A DNA stretch of 64,000 nucleotides from Felis catus (lineage: Eukaryota): the NCBI RefSeq assembly GCF_018350175.1, contig NC_058373.1, positions 108,192,001 to 108,256,000 on the forward strand. The letters are read 5' to 3'. This document shows positions 1 through 14,188 of this stretch, piece after piece. The notes beneath the pieces were generated by a model. It saw nothing but the letters and a program-made list of their open reading frames with translations. It did no database searches and had not been told where the DNA came from. The position numbers and the translations under genes were made by a program. Position 1 is the stretch's first letter. Each line of letters opens with the position of its first letter.

Positions 1-184
1 AACCATTTCTTCTCATTGATAAGGGTGGTTCCTCTGATTCCTGCAACAGATTACCATCATTACACTTACCACATTATTTCATTAGTAGTATGGTAAGTGT
101 TCCAGAAGATTACCTACACGTTGAGTTTTGACCTTGCATTTTCACACCTAGAACAATGCCAGGCATACTTAGCATATAAAGATT

Positions 185-398
185 TATTTTTTTGTTAAGT
201 TTACTTATTTATTTATTTTGAGAGACAGAGTACAAACAGGGGAGGGGTAGACAGAGAGAGACAGACTCCAAAGCATTCTTTGTGCCGTCAGTGTAGAGCC
301 CAATGTGGGGTTTGAACTCATGAACTGTGAGATCATGACCTGACCTGACTGGAATCAAGAGTCTGATGCTTCAACCCACTGAGCCACAGAGGTGCCCC
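185..398 (-). mobile_element. Can-SINE
   Basis: tRNA-derived head at right, T tail at left; TSD gcatataaagattta. Confidence 0.9.
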
Positions 399-1529
399 AG
401 GCATATAAAGATTTAAATAATGGAAATTTTTTTAATCCCACGGGAATTTTGTTTAAAAGTAACCAATATAAGATGAATTAAAGTTATTTTTAAAGCATAA
501 TTTAAAGAAATAGGACCATTTTTTAAAAATACTAGTTTCCTTTGTAATGCTGCCACCTAGTGCAGATGTGTTTAGAGATACCTCTTTGTAAAGAAGTTTG
601 GATTTTAGCTTTGGTTTAGTTTTTGTTTTTTGTGTTTTTTTACAAACCTCTTTCTACTTCTAATTATTTTGGAATAAACTGTATGGCAGATCTTGCCTTA
701 AAGTGTGACAACACAAACTCTTACTTTTATACATTTATACATTTTACTTTTATACATTTCTTAGAAGGATATCTTTCTTGTGTGTTTTTTGTAGTTGTTT
801 TTTTTTTTTTTTTTTTTTTTTTTGGACACAGTACACTAAGTAACTTTTGCTTACAACTCAGGAAGTCCTGAGAAATTAAAAAGTTTAACTCAGGTTTTGC
901 TCCTAGAAAAAAGAGAGCAAAGTGTGGTGTTAAGACAGCTTTCTCTTTCACATGAAATGGGTTCCGTTTCTGACTGGTTACACAGAGTAGTAAGATCTAA
1001 TCTATGTCCTAAAAGAACTTTCAGGAAACCAAAAGGGGTTTAGACTAAATTACTTTCTAGTCCATTTTCAGTTTGATATCATTGTTTCATCTAAAATGAA
1101 TTCCTATAATTTTATATTATTTAAAAAACTAAGTTACAAGAGCATCTTCTAAAACAAACATAATGTGTATCTCTTTACTTCCATTTAGTGTAGATATTCT
1201 TTGGTTGGTGATACTAAAATTGTGTAGTAGATGTTGACTGAAGCCTTGCCTAAGGGCGCTGTTAAATAATCTGGTTTGTGCACACTCAATACAAAAAGAA
1301 TCTGGTTTTATGGTAAACTAATATTATGGATTTAATCTTATATTTCAAGTTAAATGTCAGTGATTACCATTACAACTTATTACCATTTTATTTAGCAGTA
1401 CTTTCTATCTACTTATGAATCCCCTTATTACCAAAAGTAAGTACAGTAAAACACGATGACAATATGTAATGAGTTTGGGTGAAAGGGATAAACGGGTTAA
1501 GTAGCAGGATATGAATCCAGAGGATTTAA

Positions 1530-1841
<312 letters not shown>

Positions 1842-2907
1842 TAGATTTTCTAATTATGTAATTTGCAATCTCCTTACTGTTTGGCCATGTATCTAACTTT
1901 TTGGTTAAAATTAATCCGTCTTCCTAGACTAAATATCTTAATAGAACTCTTCATAAGGGATGTCAACCATTAAATCTATGTTTTGTATTTGTTGTAACTG
2001 ATACTAGTTAAAGTAGAATCATTTAATAATATATAAAACTAACCTGGTATTTTTAATACAAAGACTAAAAAATGTCATGGAATATTATAGCATCATTTTC
2101 AGAATTCACATTGAAGTATTTAGATCAGTTGTTAGCACATGGAAGGCACTTAGAAAATAATTATTGAGTGACTTAGTGAATGTGAAGGCAATCAATGTCA
2201 TGTACAAGTAGTAACAAGTACACTTGACATAAGATAAATACTCAATGTTATTTGAAGATCCCATAGTAAGACTTTCAAATCTCACTTGCTTATTTAATCT
2301 GTACCTAAACATGACTTCCCAATGTGATCGGGGATACCTGAATGTCACTGAGTTAGAATGATTAGCCTTGAACTACAAAATGAGCCCAAGTCAGCAGTCA
2401 GGACCCCAAGACTCAAGATAATGTCATCATTACTTTTTATCTGGTACTTGCTCCCAAATTAGCAATTGATTAAGTTTGCCTAAATTGCCAAGATTTCAGC
2501 ATGATACCAGTTGAGATTCAAATATGCGAGCACAGCTATTTGAAGCATTGCTAATTCTCTGGAAACCTCAGTAGAAACGTAAGGAAATGTAGCAGTGCCA
2601 CTTGCTCAAATGTGCTCTGTAGAATCAAGATTATTCATTGTCTAGTCTTTTTGATACTTTCAACATACAAGTCATTAAAGGAATTAGTCACTGCTGTCCC
2701 TCATTCCTGGCTTTCATTTTATTTAAAGTGAAGATTGGCAGGAAAGGAGTTTATTTTAGGGGTTAGAAGAATGAACTGTGTATATTTTTGGCTATGCTGG
2801 GGCTTTTTCTCTGTCACTTTAAACAATTATAACTGATTCTATTAAAATAAACATCTCTTTTCTAAAATAATCAACATTCAGCATCCATTTATTTGATTGA
2901 AAATTAG

Positions 2908-3099
<192 letters not shown>

Positions 3100-3982
3100 T
3101 AAGCCTGAAAAGTAAATATTTTGGGGGAGGAAGTAATAACCTTTTTGGATATTTTGTTCTTTTATATAAAGGGAGATAAGATTATAAAATGTTAACTGAA
3201 TTTTATTTTCACATTTCCACCTAATGACGGTTTTCAGTACTTAGATCTGAGTGTCCAGGCCTGCTATTCTGCAATGATTGTACTATTACCAGTACCCATC
3301 TATTCACATTCTTTTCACTCCCATTTTTAAAAAGACGTTAAAAAAATACCATATCTCCTATTGGGTTAGTTTGCTCTAGTCCTATTTCTGTCAGCATATA
3401 CTATCTCAAATAGCTATGTTATTTTTGTAGGAAGAACCCTGGCCTTGGAATAGGTAGCTTTGTGTCATAGCTCTTTCACTTATTAGCTGCATGACCTTGG
3501 GAAGTTCTTATTACTTTGAATTTCACCCGTATAGGAGAGATGATACTTATCTCCTCAATATTCTGAGGATATTTAATCCTCAGAAATGAGGATTAAATGA
3601 AATTCTATGTGAGATTACCATAAAAGGCTGTATAATATAGTGCATGGCTCTTGTGTATTCAAGAACTCTTCTTTTAGTTGACTAGCTTGTGAATATTATG
3701 GATAGCATAAACTGGCCTTCCATTTGATCTGCTTCAGCAGACTCCCTTCTAGTCCATCTTCCACATTACCACCATGCTGAGTTTTCTTGCATGGATATCT
3801 GAGCATCTCCTTTTCCTTAGAATTGGTTTAAAGATGCTTTATCACCCCCGAGATAAACCCTTGCTTAACTTACATAGCATCATTTCTTGTCATTTTCTGT
3901 ATTCTTCATGCTTTCGTTGATTCCACCTACCCTCTTTCTAAAATCTGTGACTACCTCTCTTGGTAAGACTTTGGTCACTTGT

Positions 3983-4225
3983 TTTTTTTTTTTGTTTTTT
4001 TTTTTTTAATTTTTTTTTTCAACGTTTTTTATTTATTTTTGGGACAGAGAGAGACAGAGCATGAACGGGGGAGGGGCAGAGAGAGAGGGAGACACAGAAT
4101 CGGAAACAGGCTCCAGGCTCCAAGCCATCAGCCCAGAGCCCGACGCGGGGCTCGAACTCACGCACTGCGAGATCGTGACCTGGCTGAAGTCGGACATTTA
4201 ACCGACTGTGCCACCCAGGCGCCCC
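3983..4225 (-). mobile_element. Young SINEC_Fc
   Basis: CpG-intact; TSD tttggtcacttgtttt. Confidence 0.95.
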
Positions 4226-4274
4226 TTTGGTCACTTGTTTTAATTTTTGCCACTTCTGACACCATCCTTGAATG

Positions 4275-4466
4275 TTTTTTTTTTTTTTTTTAATTTTTAA
4301 TTTTAGAGTGTGCAATTGGGGGAGAGGGGCAGAGGGAGAGAGAATCTTAAGCAGACTCCACACTCAGTGCAGAGGCTGACTCAGGGCAGAATCCTATGAC
4401 CCTCGGATCATGATCTGAGCTGAAATCAAGAGTTGGACGCTCAACTGACTGAGCCACCCAGGCGCC
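4275..4466 (-). mobile_element. Can-SINE
   Basis: TSD catcctt[g/t]aatgtttt. Confidence 0.9.
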
Positions 4467-5315
4467 CATCCTTTAATGTTTTAATATTAGTGTCAAAGAG
4501 TTCTTTTGTGACTTTCCCATTAAATTACCCACTTGGAATGTCCTTCTTTTGCCCCTGTCCCATCTGCCTAACAAACCCTACTTGAGCTGAAGTTTCAGCT
4601 TGTTGGCTGTGAAGCACACCTTCTCTATTTTAGCAATTACCATTTTGTATTTTAATTGTTTGCACATCTACATTGCACTTCTGAGGACAAGGGTTAGGTA
4701 TTTTAAACTTTGTATCCTTGGTTTATTTCACTTAGTAAACACCTAAATGTTTGTGATTAAAGAAACAATAAAAACTTACATTTAAGCCAAACACATGGAT
4801 CTGTTGTTCATCATCCCTCTTCCACTATCCTGTAGGTGTTATCACCGTATCATTTTCTTACCACCAAGGAAAATATGGCACCTGCCTTAGTTAGGCCTTG
4901 GTCATTTATCTATATGTCTTTATATTCTAGGGCCATCCTTAGGTCATGCCTCATACATCAGTCCCAAAGAGTTCTTCTGTGCCAGTTTCATTACATGTGA
5001 ATCCTCACAAAAATTATTTAGATGTGTTGGTGCCCTTCATGTACTTGACTATTCCATTTCTTTGTCACCATCACTCTTCCCAAAGGGATAGCTGAAGTTT
5101 CTTAATTTAGTCAAATATTTAAACTATCTTATACTATGAATTTTTATAGGTCTTTATTTCATATTGGCATTTTAAACCCTGAATGTGAGCAAGTATGCAT
5201 GAACTATTAGGTTAAAGCATCTTAAAATGTTCCTTTTCATAAAGCAGTATTTTAAGAGACAAGGTTGTTTCAGAGACCCCCTGCATTGTGTCAGTGCTCA
5301 GTTAAGAATTACTAA

Positions 5316-5582
<267 letters not shown>

Positions 5583-6012
5583 TAAACTATGTCTATTGCT
5601 GTAAGTCCATTTTAACTGAATTTGGACATTTTTTGTTGGTAATCATTTGGATGTTGTAGTCTTATATAATTTGTTTTTCAAAGTCTTCAAAGTATTTGCT
5701 TAAATATTTTTGCCTCTGTAATTTCTCAGCATTCCTGCTTCTGTCATATTATTGGAAATTGTGCTTCAAAGGGTGCTTAGGTATTTCTTCTTCCCACTTT
5801 AATGTTTCTCAACCACCCTGCTATTTCTGTATTTCCCATTGCCCTATTTTCTCCACAACTGAGCAGAGTTCTATTGCAATAGGCATAGTTCACTAAAGGA
5901 TATATCACCAGTCATACCATAATATCAGACATTGAAAATGAAAACTGTAATTTCAAAGTTAGTTAAATTTTAATGAATAAAAGGTATGAAAGGGTTGGAA
6001 TTGCAGAGTTGG

Positions 6013-6218
6013 TTTTTTTTTTTAATATTTATTTTGAGGGAGAGAGCACGTGTAAGTGGGGGAGGGGCAGAGAGAAAGAGAGTGAGAACTCCAAGCAGGC
6101 TCTGCACTGTCCACAGGGAGCCCACCCAACTCAGGCTCAGTGCCACAGAACTGTGAGGTCATGACCTGAGCCACAATCAAGAGTTGGAAGCTTAACCAGC
6201 TAAGCCACCCGGGTGCCC
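6013..6218 (-). mobile_element. Can-SINE
   Basis: atgacctgagcc...agccacccgggtgccc head; T tail. Confidence 0.85.
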
Positions 6219-6407
6219 TTGCGGGGTTTTTATGCTATAAATATAATAGGAGCTGTCAATAGTAGATTGGAAAGATAATTCAGATTTAGAGTTGTACCAT
6301 AAGATCTGTAAACTTTCTGATGAAGGAAAATTTAGCAACATTTTTGTTTGAGTGAATTAGACGTGTTGTAAAAGGGGGCTTGCATTTCTGTATATGTTAA
6401 AATATAG

Positions 6408-6797
<390 letters not shown>

Positions 6798-7916
6798 TGA
6801 GTATCAAAAAAGTTTTGAATTTAGTCATTGATAGAGAATAATGCCTGTGCCTATAATAGCTCCAAGCCCATACATACTACTCATTGTGTTGGAGAATTGT
6901 CAAGTAGCAAAAACCTTACTTTAGCAAAGCTTAAAAAGGGAAAGGACCATAAGCTAATTGCTGAATTTTGTCCAATTTCCATTACTTGAAATTCTGGGTA
7001 AATTTAACATGAAAATACCAAGTCTTACACAGAGCAAATACTTGGTAACTATTTTTTATTCAAGTTCTGTCTTGATAATAGTTTTTCTATAAACACAAAG
7101 AAAATAGTCTTTAAGGGCTAGGCTGAGGTCAAGCCTAACGATGTCACATGGGGCTCTGTTTCGAAATCTAGAATGATTCAATTTTGATTCAGTAGAGCTT
7201 CCTATATCTGAAGATAGCTCAGGAGTAGCACACCTCAGACTTGAATATTCCGACTTGGTGAGGCACAAATAAGCCTTAATAAATGGTGAATAAGTTTACA
7301 TTAAATATTTATCAATTCAAACTGGCAGGCTAAGAGGAGATTTGACATTTCATAGCCTTCGGGAAAATATACTCTGTGCTTTGGTGGCTCACCTTCCCCA
7401 GCATAAAAATCTATTGATTCATTTTGTTTTTTATCAGACAAAGGTAAATCTAACAAAAATGTTAAAATGAGGGAAGCAAAAGTTTATGCTTAAATTACAT
7501 AGCTTTGGTTTTCTGATTATAATCCTTGCTCAGAACTCCCAAAATCGTACTACATATGTTAAGGTGAATGCAAGTAAAACAACTTAAGTCTCTACCCCTA
7601 CTTCATCCCAGGGTAGATGTGAGATTTTTAGGTAGATCACCACAGTAGCGTGGCCTCTCAGTACAAAGGTAGAGTCCAGTGAATAGTATATCATATCTAA
7701 TTATTGGCCAATTAGGTACCATGTGGGCGTTGAATTATTAAATGAATTCTCCTAGAAGCAGATCAATACCTTTTAGTCCTAATTTCATAAATGATGTTTC
7801 ACAGAAATGTATGTGTTGGCAAAATTAGTTACAAGGGTAAGTTCAAAAGTTTAACTTCTCTCTAGTTAGATAAAATGTGATAGAAGAGATGGACTTTGTT
7901 GGTTTAAGAATTCTAA

Positions 7917-8132
<216 letters not shown>

Positions 8133-8233
8133 TAAACTTTATTAATTGTTAGTTGGAAGTGACTTTGGGTTTAACTTGTTTTTCTTTTATAAGATGTGGC
8201 CATTGAAAAACTCATGTATTTTTTGTTTTAAAG

Positions 8234-8661
8234 GACACTGATTTAGACTTGGAGATGTTAGCTCCTTACATCCCAATGGATGATGACTTCCAGTTACGTT
8301 CCTTTGATCAGTTGTCGCCACTGGAAAGCAGTTCTACAAGCCCTCAAAGCGTGGGCACAATTACAGTATTCCAGCCGGCTCAAATGCAGGAGGAACCTCC
8401 TGTTACCACTACCAGTACCACTGCCACCACTGATGAATTAAAAACAGTGACAAAAGATGGTATAGAAGACATTAAAATACTGATTGCATCTCCATCTCCT
8501 ACCCATGTACCCAAAGTAACTACTGGTGCCACAACATCACTGTATGGTGATACTGGAAGTCGGACAGCCTCACCAAACAGAGCAGGAAAAGGAGTCATAG
8601 AACAGACAGAAAAATCTCATCCAAGAAGCCCTAATGTGTTATCTGTCACTTTGAGTCAAAG
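8234..8661 (+). CDS. HIF1A: HIF1A exon 12 (C-terminal ODD, Pro564 equivalent at 8264-8266; inhibitory domain)
   Basis: aaag|GACACT...CAAAG|gtaatt; 428 nt; [21 protein letters not shown]. Confidence 0.97.
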
Positions 8662-9991
8662 GTAATTATATACAACATTAAAGTTATAGTTGATGTATTA
8701 TTTTTGAGAAAGTATGTGTGGTAATAACTTAATTCTAAGCATAGAAAACTTTCTGGTAATATGTTTTTGACATACAAATTCTGGACTTAAAACAAGCACT
8801 CAAATTAACTTGTGTATTTGTTTTCTTGAAGATAACCTTAGCACCTATCTAAATGTAGGAGGTAGGAGGATCTTGTAGTACTTCTAAAAATTAAATGCAG
8901 CCAGTAAGTTCAGTAAATGTACAAAAATTGGCCCAGTTTTTTGCAGTTGTTTAAATCAGACTAGTTAACTCTCCTCACTGTTTCTGTCTCTTTGAGCTAT
9001 TTTAAAGCTTACCTGAATAAAAGACCTTCCAACATAAGGGTATTTCCAATTCCCCATTTCACATTGAGCCTGATGATCTTCAATCCTCAGTATTCAACAT
9101 AGGTATTTATAAGCCTCCTTTTAAAATTTATGTATAATTGTGCTCTTTTTCCATTACATTTTTATAGAACATTAGCTAGACTATAGGTTTAAGAGCTACA
9201 ACAGGAATCTGAACATGATTTATGATATTGCTTTTGTGGAGTTAGTTTGAACAAATACCTGTACACTACCCAAATTTCAAGTTATAATTTCTGTGTATAA
9301 TTTCTGTATATAACTTGTAGCGGGATTTGACATTTTAAATTTGAGGCTGTAATCAAAGGAAACACGTTTTAGCTAGTCAGAGAGGCAGTTTGTAGAGGAA
9401 AGAAACAATTTCCGTTGTGCCTACACTGAACCAGATAACAACAGCAAGGAAAAAGCACTGCCATAAGAAGAGTCTATGACTTTGCTTCTCCTGCCTTTCA
9501 TCACTGTTTTGAACTAGAATGCTAGGAGAAACCTTTTCCCAGAACTAAGAAAAGATCTTGGGGCTTTAGATTAACAAGGAAGCTTTTATATTACTTTATA
9601 AATTAGTATGTCACCAAATGACTATAGGCTCTGACCTTTAAGGCAGTGACAGTCTCTTAAACATTTCATTGTATTAATATTTGGTCACTAAATGGCTATT
9701 AGAAGATGAGTGAATATAGTAATAGAATTGGCTGTGACCTATAATTTACAGTTTACCATTAGCTACAGAGGACTATGGGATATTCCGTTTTCTGAACTGT
9801 GTGCTTGTCAAAACCAAAGTCTAACATCTAGTCACTTTTTTCACATTAGTATCAAAATAGTATGCACTAAATACTTGTAGAACTGTACGAAGGTTTTTTT
9901 CTTTATGACCTCTCTAATTGCAAAATCAACATGTTGCACTAAACCAGATGACTTACAGCTTTAGAGCAAAGATTAAAGATAACCCATTAAG

Positions 9992-10145
9992 AAGTGCCTG
10001 GGTGGCTCAGTTGGTTAAGTGTTCAACTCTTGATTTTGGCTTGGGTTGTGATCTCAGGGTCATGGGATTGAGCCTCGCATCAAGCTGCATGCTGAGTGGG
10101 GGGGTGGAGCCTGCTTCAGATTCTCCCTCTCTCCCTCTTCCCCTT
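9992..10145 (+). mobile_element. Can-SINE, tail-less
   Basis: gcctgggtggctcagttggttaag head. Confidence 0.85.
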
Positions 10146-10294
10146 AGCCCCCCTTACACGTGCTGATAAATCATTAGAAGTGCTAGTACTAAGATGATAT
10201 TTATATGATAGATTGCACTGTACTTCATAAAGATAATATATTTCTATAGGAATTTAAAAACCTGCCTATCTATAATAATGAAGGTTTTACAGAA

Positions 10295-10509
10295 TTTTTT
10301 TTTTTTCAACATTCATTTATTTTTGGGACAGAGAGAGACAGAGCATGAACGGGGGAGGGGCAGAGAGAGAGGGAGACACAGAATCGGAAACAGGCTCCAG
10401 GCTCTGAGCCATCAGCCCAGAGCCCGACGTGGGGCTCGAACTCACGGACCGCGAGATCGTGACCTGGCCGAAGTCGGACGCTTAACCGACTGCGCCACCC
10501 AGGCGCCCC
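10295..10509 (-). mobile_element. Young SINEC_Fc
   Basis: TSD cagaattttttt. Confidence 0.95.
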
Positions 10510-11231
10510 CAGAATTTTTTAAAATACAAAACAAAACTGCATGTAGGAGAGCAGTTTGAATAATGTGTCACTCATATGGCATTTTCAACTATATGGAACA
10601 GAGCAAGAAGCTGTTGTGATTGTGTATGGGCTGGGGGGAGGAGTTCTTGAAAAGACAAAATAGATAACAGAATTCATGTGCCTGATACCTAAAACAGTTA
10701 TTTACTACTTAATATTAATTTTAAATGGAGATAGTTCAGGTTTGACAACCAGATCAATACTGAGGGCAAAGTGGCTTAGTGGGAAGATTACTGGGAGGGG
10801 AATGGGTATCAGGAGATCTAGAAGGCACTTCCATATCTGCAGCTAACCAGGTAATTTGCTCCAAGTCCCATTGCTAACAAGCCTCAGGTTTCTCATTTAT
10901 AAAATGGGTGTTTTATACCTCTTGGAGATTGGTGTAAGACTAAAATGAACTAATGAACATGCAATGTTTTATAAACTAAAAAAGCCATAGAAATGTGAAG
11001 TTACTCTTAAAATAGTCCCAGGAATATTTGAATATTATACTGGCTGGAATGGAAAAGCCAGTATTTAACTTTAACCTACAAAAATGTCAACTTAGTTCTG
11101 TTCAGATTTATTTTATAAATAGGTAAATGCATATTTTAAGAAATTTTCTTTTAAAAACTGAGCTTTGACTTCAGATGATAAACTTTAGTAATCAGAAAAA
11201 TTCTCTTACATATTAACATTATATTCCTTAA

Positions 11232-11492
<261 letters not shown>

Positions 11493-11611
11493 TGAGCCGG
11501 TATATAGATGATTTCTCATTTCTTCCATATACGAAAGTTATATATTCAGAGGTTAAACATTGTTTCTTTCACTTGGTATAAAAGACTATTTCATAAAAAT
11601 ACATTTAAATG

Positions 11612-11803
11612 AGGGTATCTGGGTGGCTCAGTTGGTTAAGCATCGGACTTCAGCACAGGTCATGATCTCACAGTTTGTTGAGTTCCAAGCCCCGCATCAG
11701 GCTCTTTGCTATCAGCACAGAGCCTGCTTTGGATCCTCTGTCTCCCTCTCTCTCAGCGCCTCCCCATCTTTCTCTCTCTCTCAAAAATGAAACATTAAAA
11801 AAA
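11612..11803 (+). mobile_element. Can-SINE
   Basis: TSD aaaatacatttaa. Confidence 0.9.
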
Positions 11804-12266
11804 ATACATTTAATGAATACATTCTCATTGTAAAAATTCCAAACAAAGCAGATGTATTTTAAGTAAAAAGTGAATTTCTCCCCTCATTCTAACCTCAGTG
11901 TCACCACCAGTCTTGTTCTCTTCTCTTTCAGTTACTTTTCCTTCTTACCTCCAAAAAAACAGTAGTTAAAGTTAAGTTAGTGCTGGTATAATTCATACTG
12001 ATATTTTCAGACTATATTTACTGGAAAGCATTTACAGAAACAGTTGCCATAATGAGTGGCAAATGACTTTATCATAGTAGTATTAAGAGAAAGAAAAATA
12101 ATTTAGAATTTAGTATTAAGAGAAAGAAAATAATTTTAAAAAAAATATTTAGAAAAATATTTAAGAAATTTGCCTTTGTACGGTTATTAATCTGCTTTTA
12201 CAAAGTAAGTTTCTGCTTTTACAAAATTTCAACATAGTAAAATTGAAATAACTGTGCTGTTTTTAG

Positions 12267-12395
<129 letters not shown>

Positions 12396-12850
12396 TAGTT
12401 TATTCTTTCTACCCTTGAACATCCCACAGAGAATTAAAATGTATGAAAGTTTTTTATTTAGAAGCTTTACTTTCAAAGTGATTTTCATTCTTTAGCATCA
12501 TTAAAAACTAAGGTAGCATTTTATCCACTGGTGGTGAATACAGGAATAGCTATTCAAGATGGAACTTTTAATTTATCTTTGTGTGCCATCAATATTCAGT
12601 AGAAGTTAAAACTTGTACATTTGTATGAGATTTTTTCAGAATTGATTTATCACTTCTTTGTGCCATCATTGTATCCTTTAAACACTTCTGACATAGCACC
12701 AGTAACACTTTATTCCACTTGCTTTTTCACATAGTTGTGGTTTTGCCCTGTAGACTAGAAACCCAGAGCTTATTTGCTTTAGTTTTCTGCAATACCTATA
12801 GCACAGTGAGTGTTCAGTAATATTTATTGACTAGGTGAATGAATACTTAG

Positions 12851-13021
<171 letters not shown>

Positions 13022-14188
13022 GCTTTTTCATAATCTCATTCCTTTTTTTGGACACTGGTGGCTCATTACCTAAAGCAGTCTATTTATATTTTCTATATCT
13101 AATTTTAGAAGCCTGGCTACAATACTGCACAAACTTGGTTAGTTCAATCTTGATCCCCTTTCTACTTCATTTACATTAATGCTCTTTTTTAGTACGTTCT
13201 TTAATGCCAGATCACAGACAGCACGTCTTCACAGTTCCTTGGTATTTAAACCATTACATTGCAGTAGCGTCATTTTTAAAATGCACCTTTTTATTTATTT
13301 ATTTTGGGCTAGGGAGTTTGTCCCTTATCGAATTATTTTTAATAAGATGCCAATATAATTTTTGTAAGAAGGCAGTAACCTTTCATCATGATCAGTTTGA
13401 AAAATTCTTACTCAGTTTTTTCACATTTTACATACACAATAATGATTTGCCAGCAGTACATGGTAGCCACAATTGCACAATATATTTTCTTAAAAAAATA
13501 CCAGCAGTTACTCATGCAATATATTCTGCATTTATAAAACTAGTTTTTAAGAAGAAATTTTTTTTGGCCTATGAAATTGTTAAACCTGGAACATGACATT
13601 GTTAATCATATAATAATGATTCTTAAATGCTTGTATGGTTTATTATTTAAATGGGTAAAGCCATTTACATGATAAAGAAAGATATGCATATATCTGGAAG
13701 GTATGTGACATTTATTTGGATAAAATTCTCAATTCAGAGAAATGATCTGATGTTTCTGTAGTCACTTTGCCAGCTCAAAAGAAAACAATACCCTATCTGT
13801 AGTTGTGGAAGTTTATGCTAATATTGTGTAAATGATATTAAACCTAAATGTTCTGCCCACCCTGTTGGTATAAAGATATTTTGAGCAGATTGTGAACAAG
13901 AAAAAAAAATCATGCTTTGTTAGCAAAATTGCCTAGTATGTTAATTTGCTCAAAATTTGATGTTTGGTTTTATGCACTTTGTCGCTATTAACATCCTTCT
14001 GTTTTCATATAGATTTCAATAATTGAGTAATTTTAGAAGCATTATTTTAGAAATATATAGTTGTCAGTAAACATCTTGTTTTTCTATGTGCATTGTACAA
14101 ATTTTTCATTCCTTTTGCTTTTTGTGGTTGGATCTAACACTAACTGTATTGTTTTGTTACATCAAATAAACATCTTCTGTGGACCAGG
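13022..14188 (+). other. HIF1A: HIF1A AU-rich 3'UTR
   Basis: ~1.17 kb repeat-free AU-rich tract after the stop, recognisably similar to the human HIF1A 3'UTR, ending after AATAAA. Confidence 0.85.
14165..14170 (+). terminator. HIF1A polyadenylation signal
   Basis: AATAAA in caAATAAAcatcttctgtggacc, followed by U-rich downstream sequence. Confidence 0.85.

Noticed and set aside
3979..4293. Recurring ORF family 'GQRETEHERGRGRER...' / 'GAPGWRSRLSVRLQPG...' (also 10278, 31378, 48240, 55259, 55730, 56740, 62661)
   Set aside because: Translations of SINEC_Fc copies with TSDs and poly(A) tails, not a gene family.
13204..13596. 130-aa ORF in the HIF1A 3'UTR
   Set aside because: Poor start context and composition mirroring U-rich UTR; no coding evidence.
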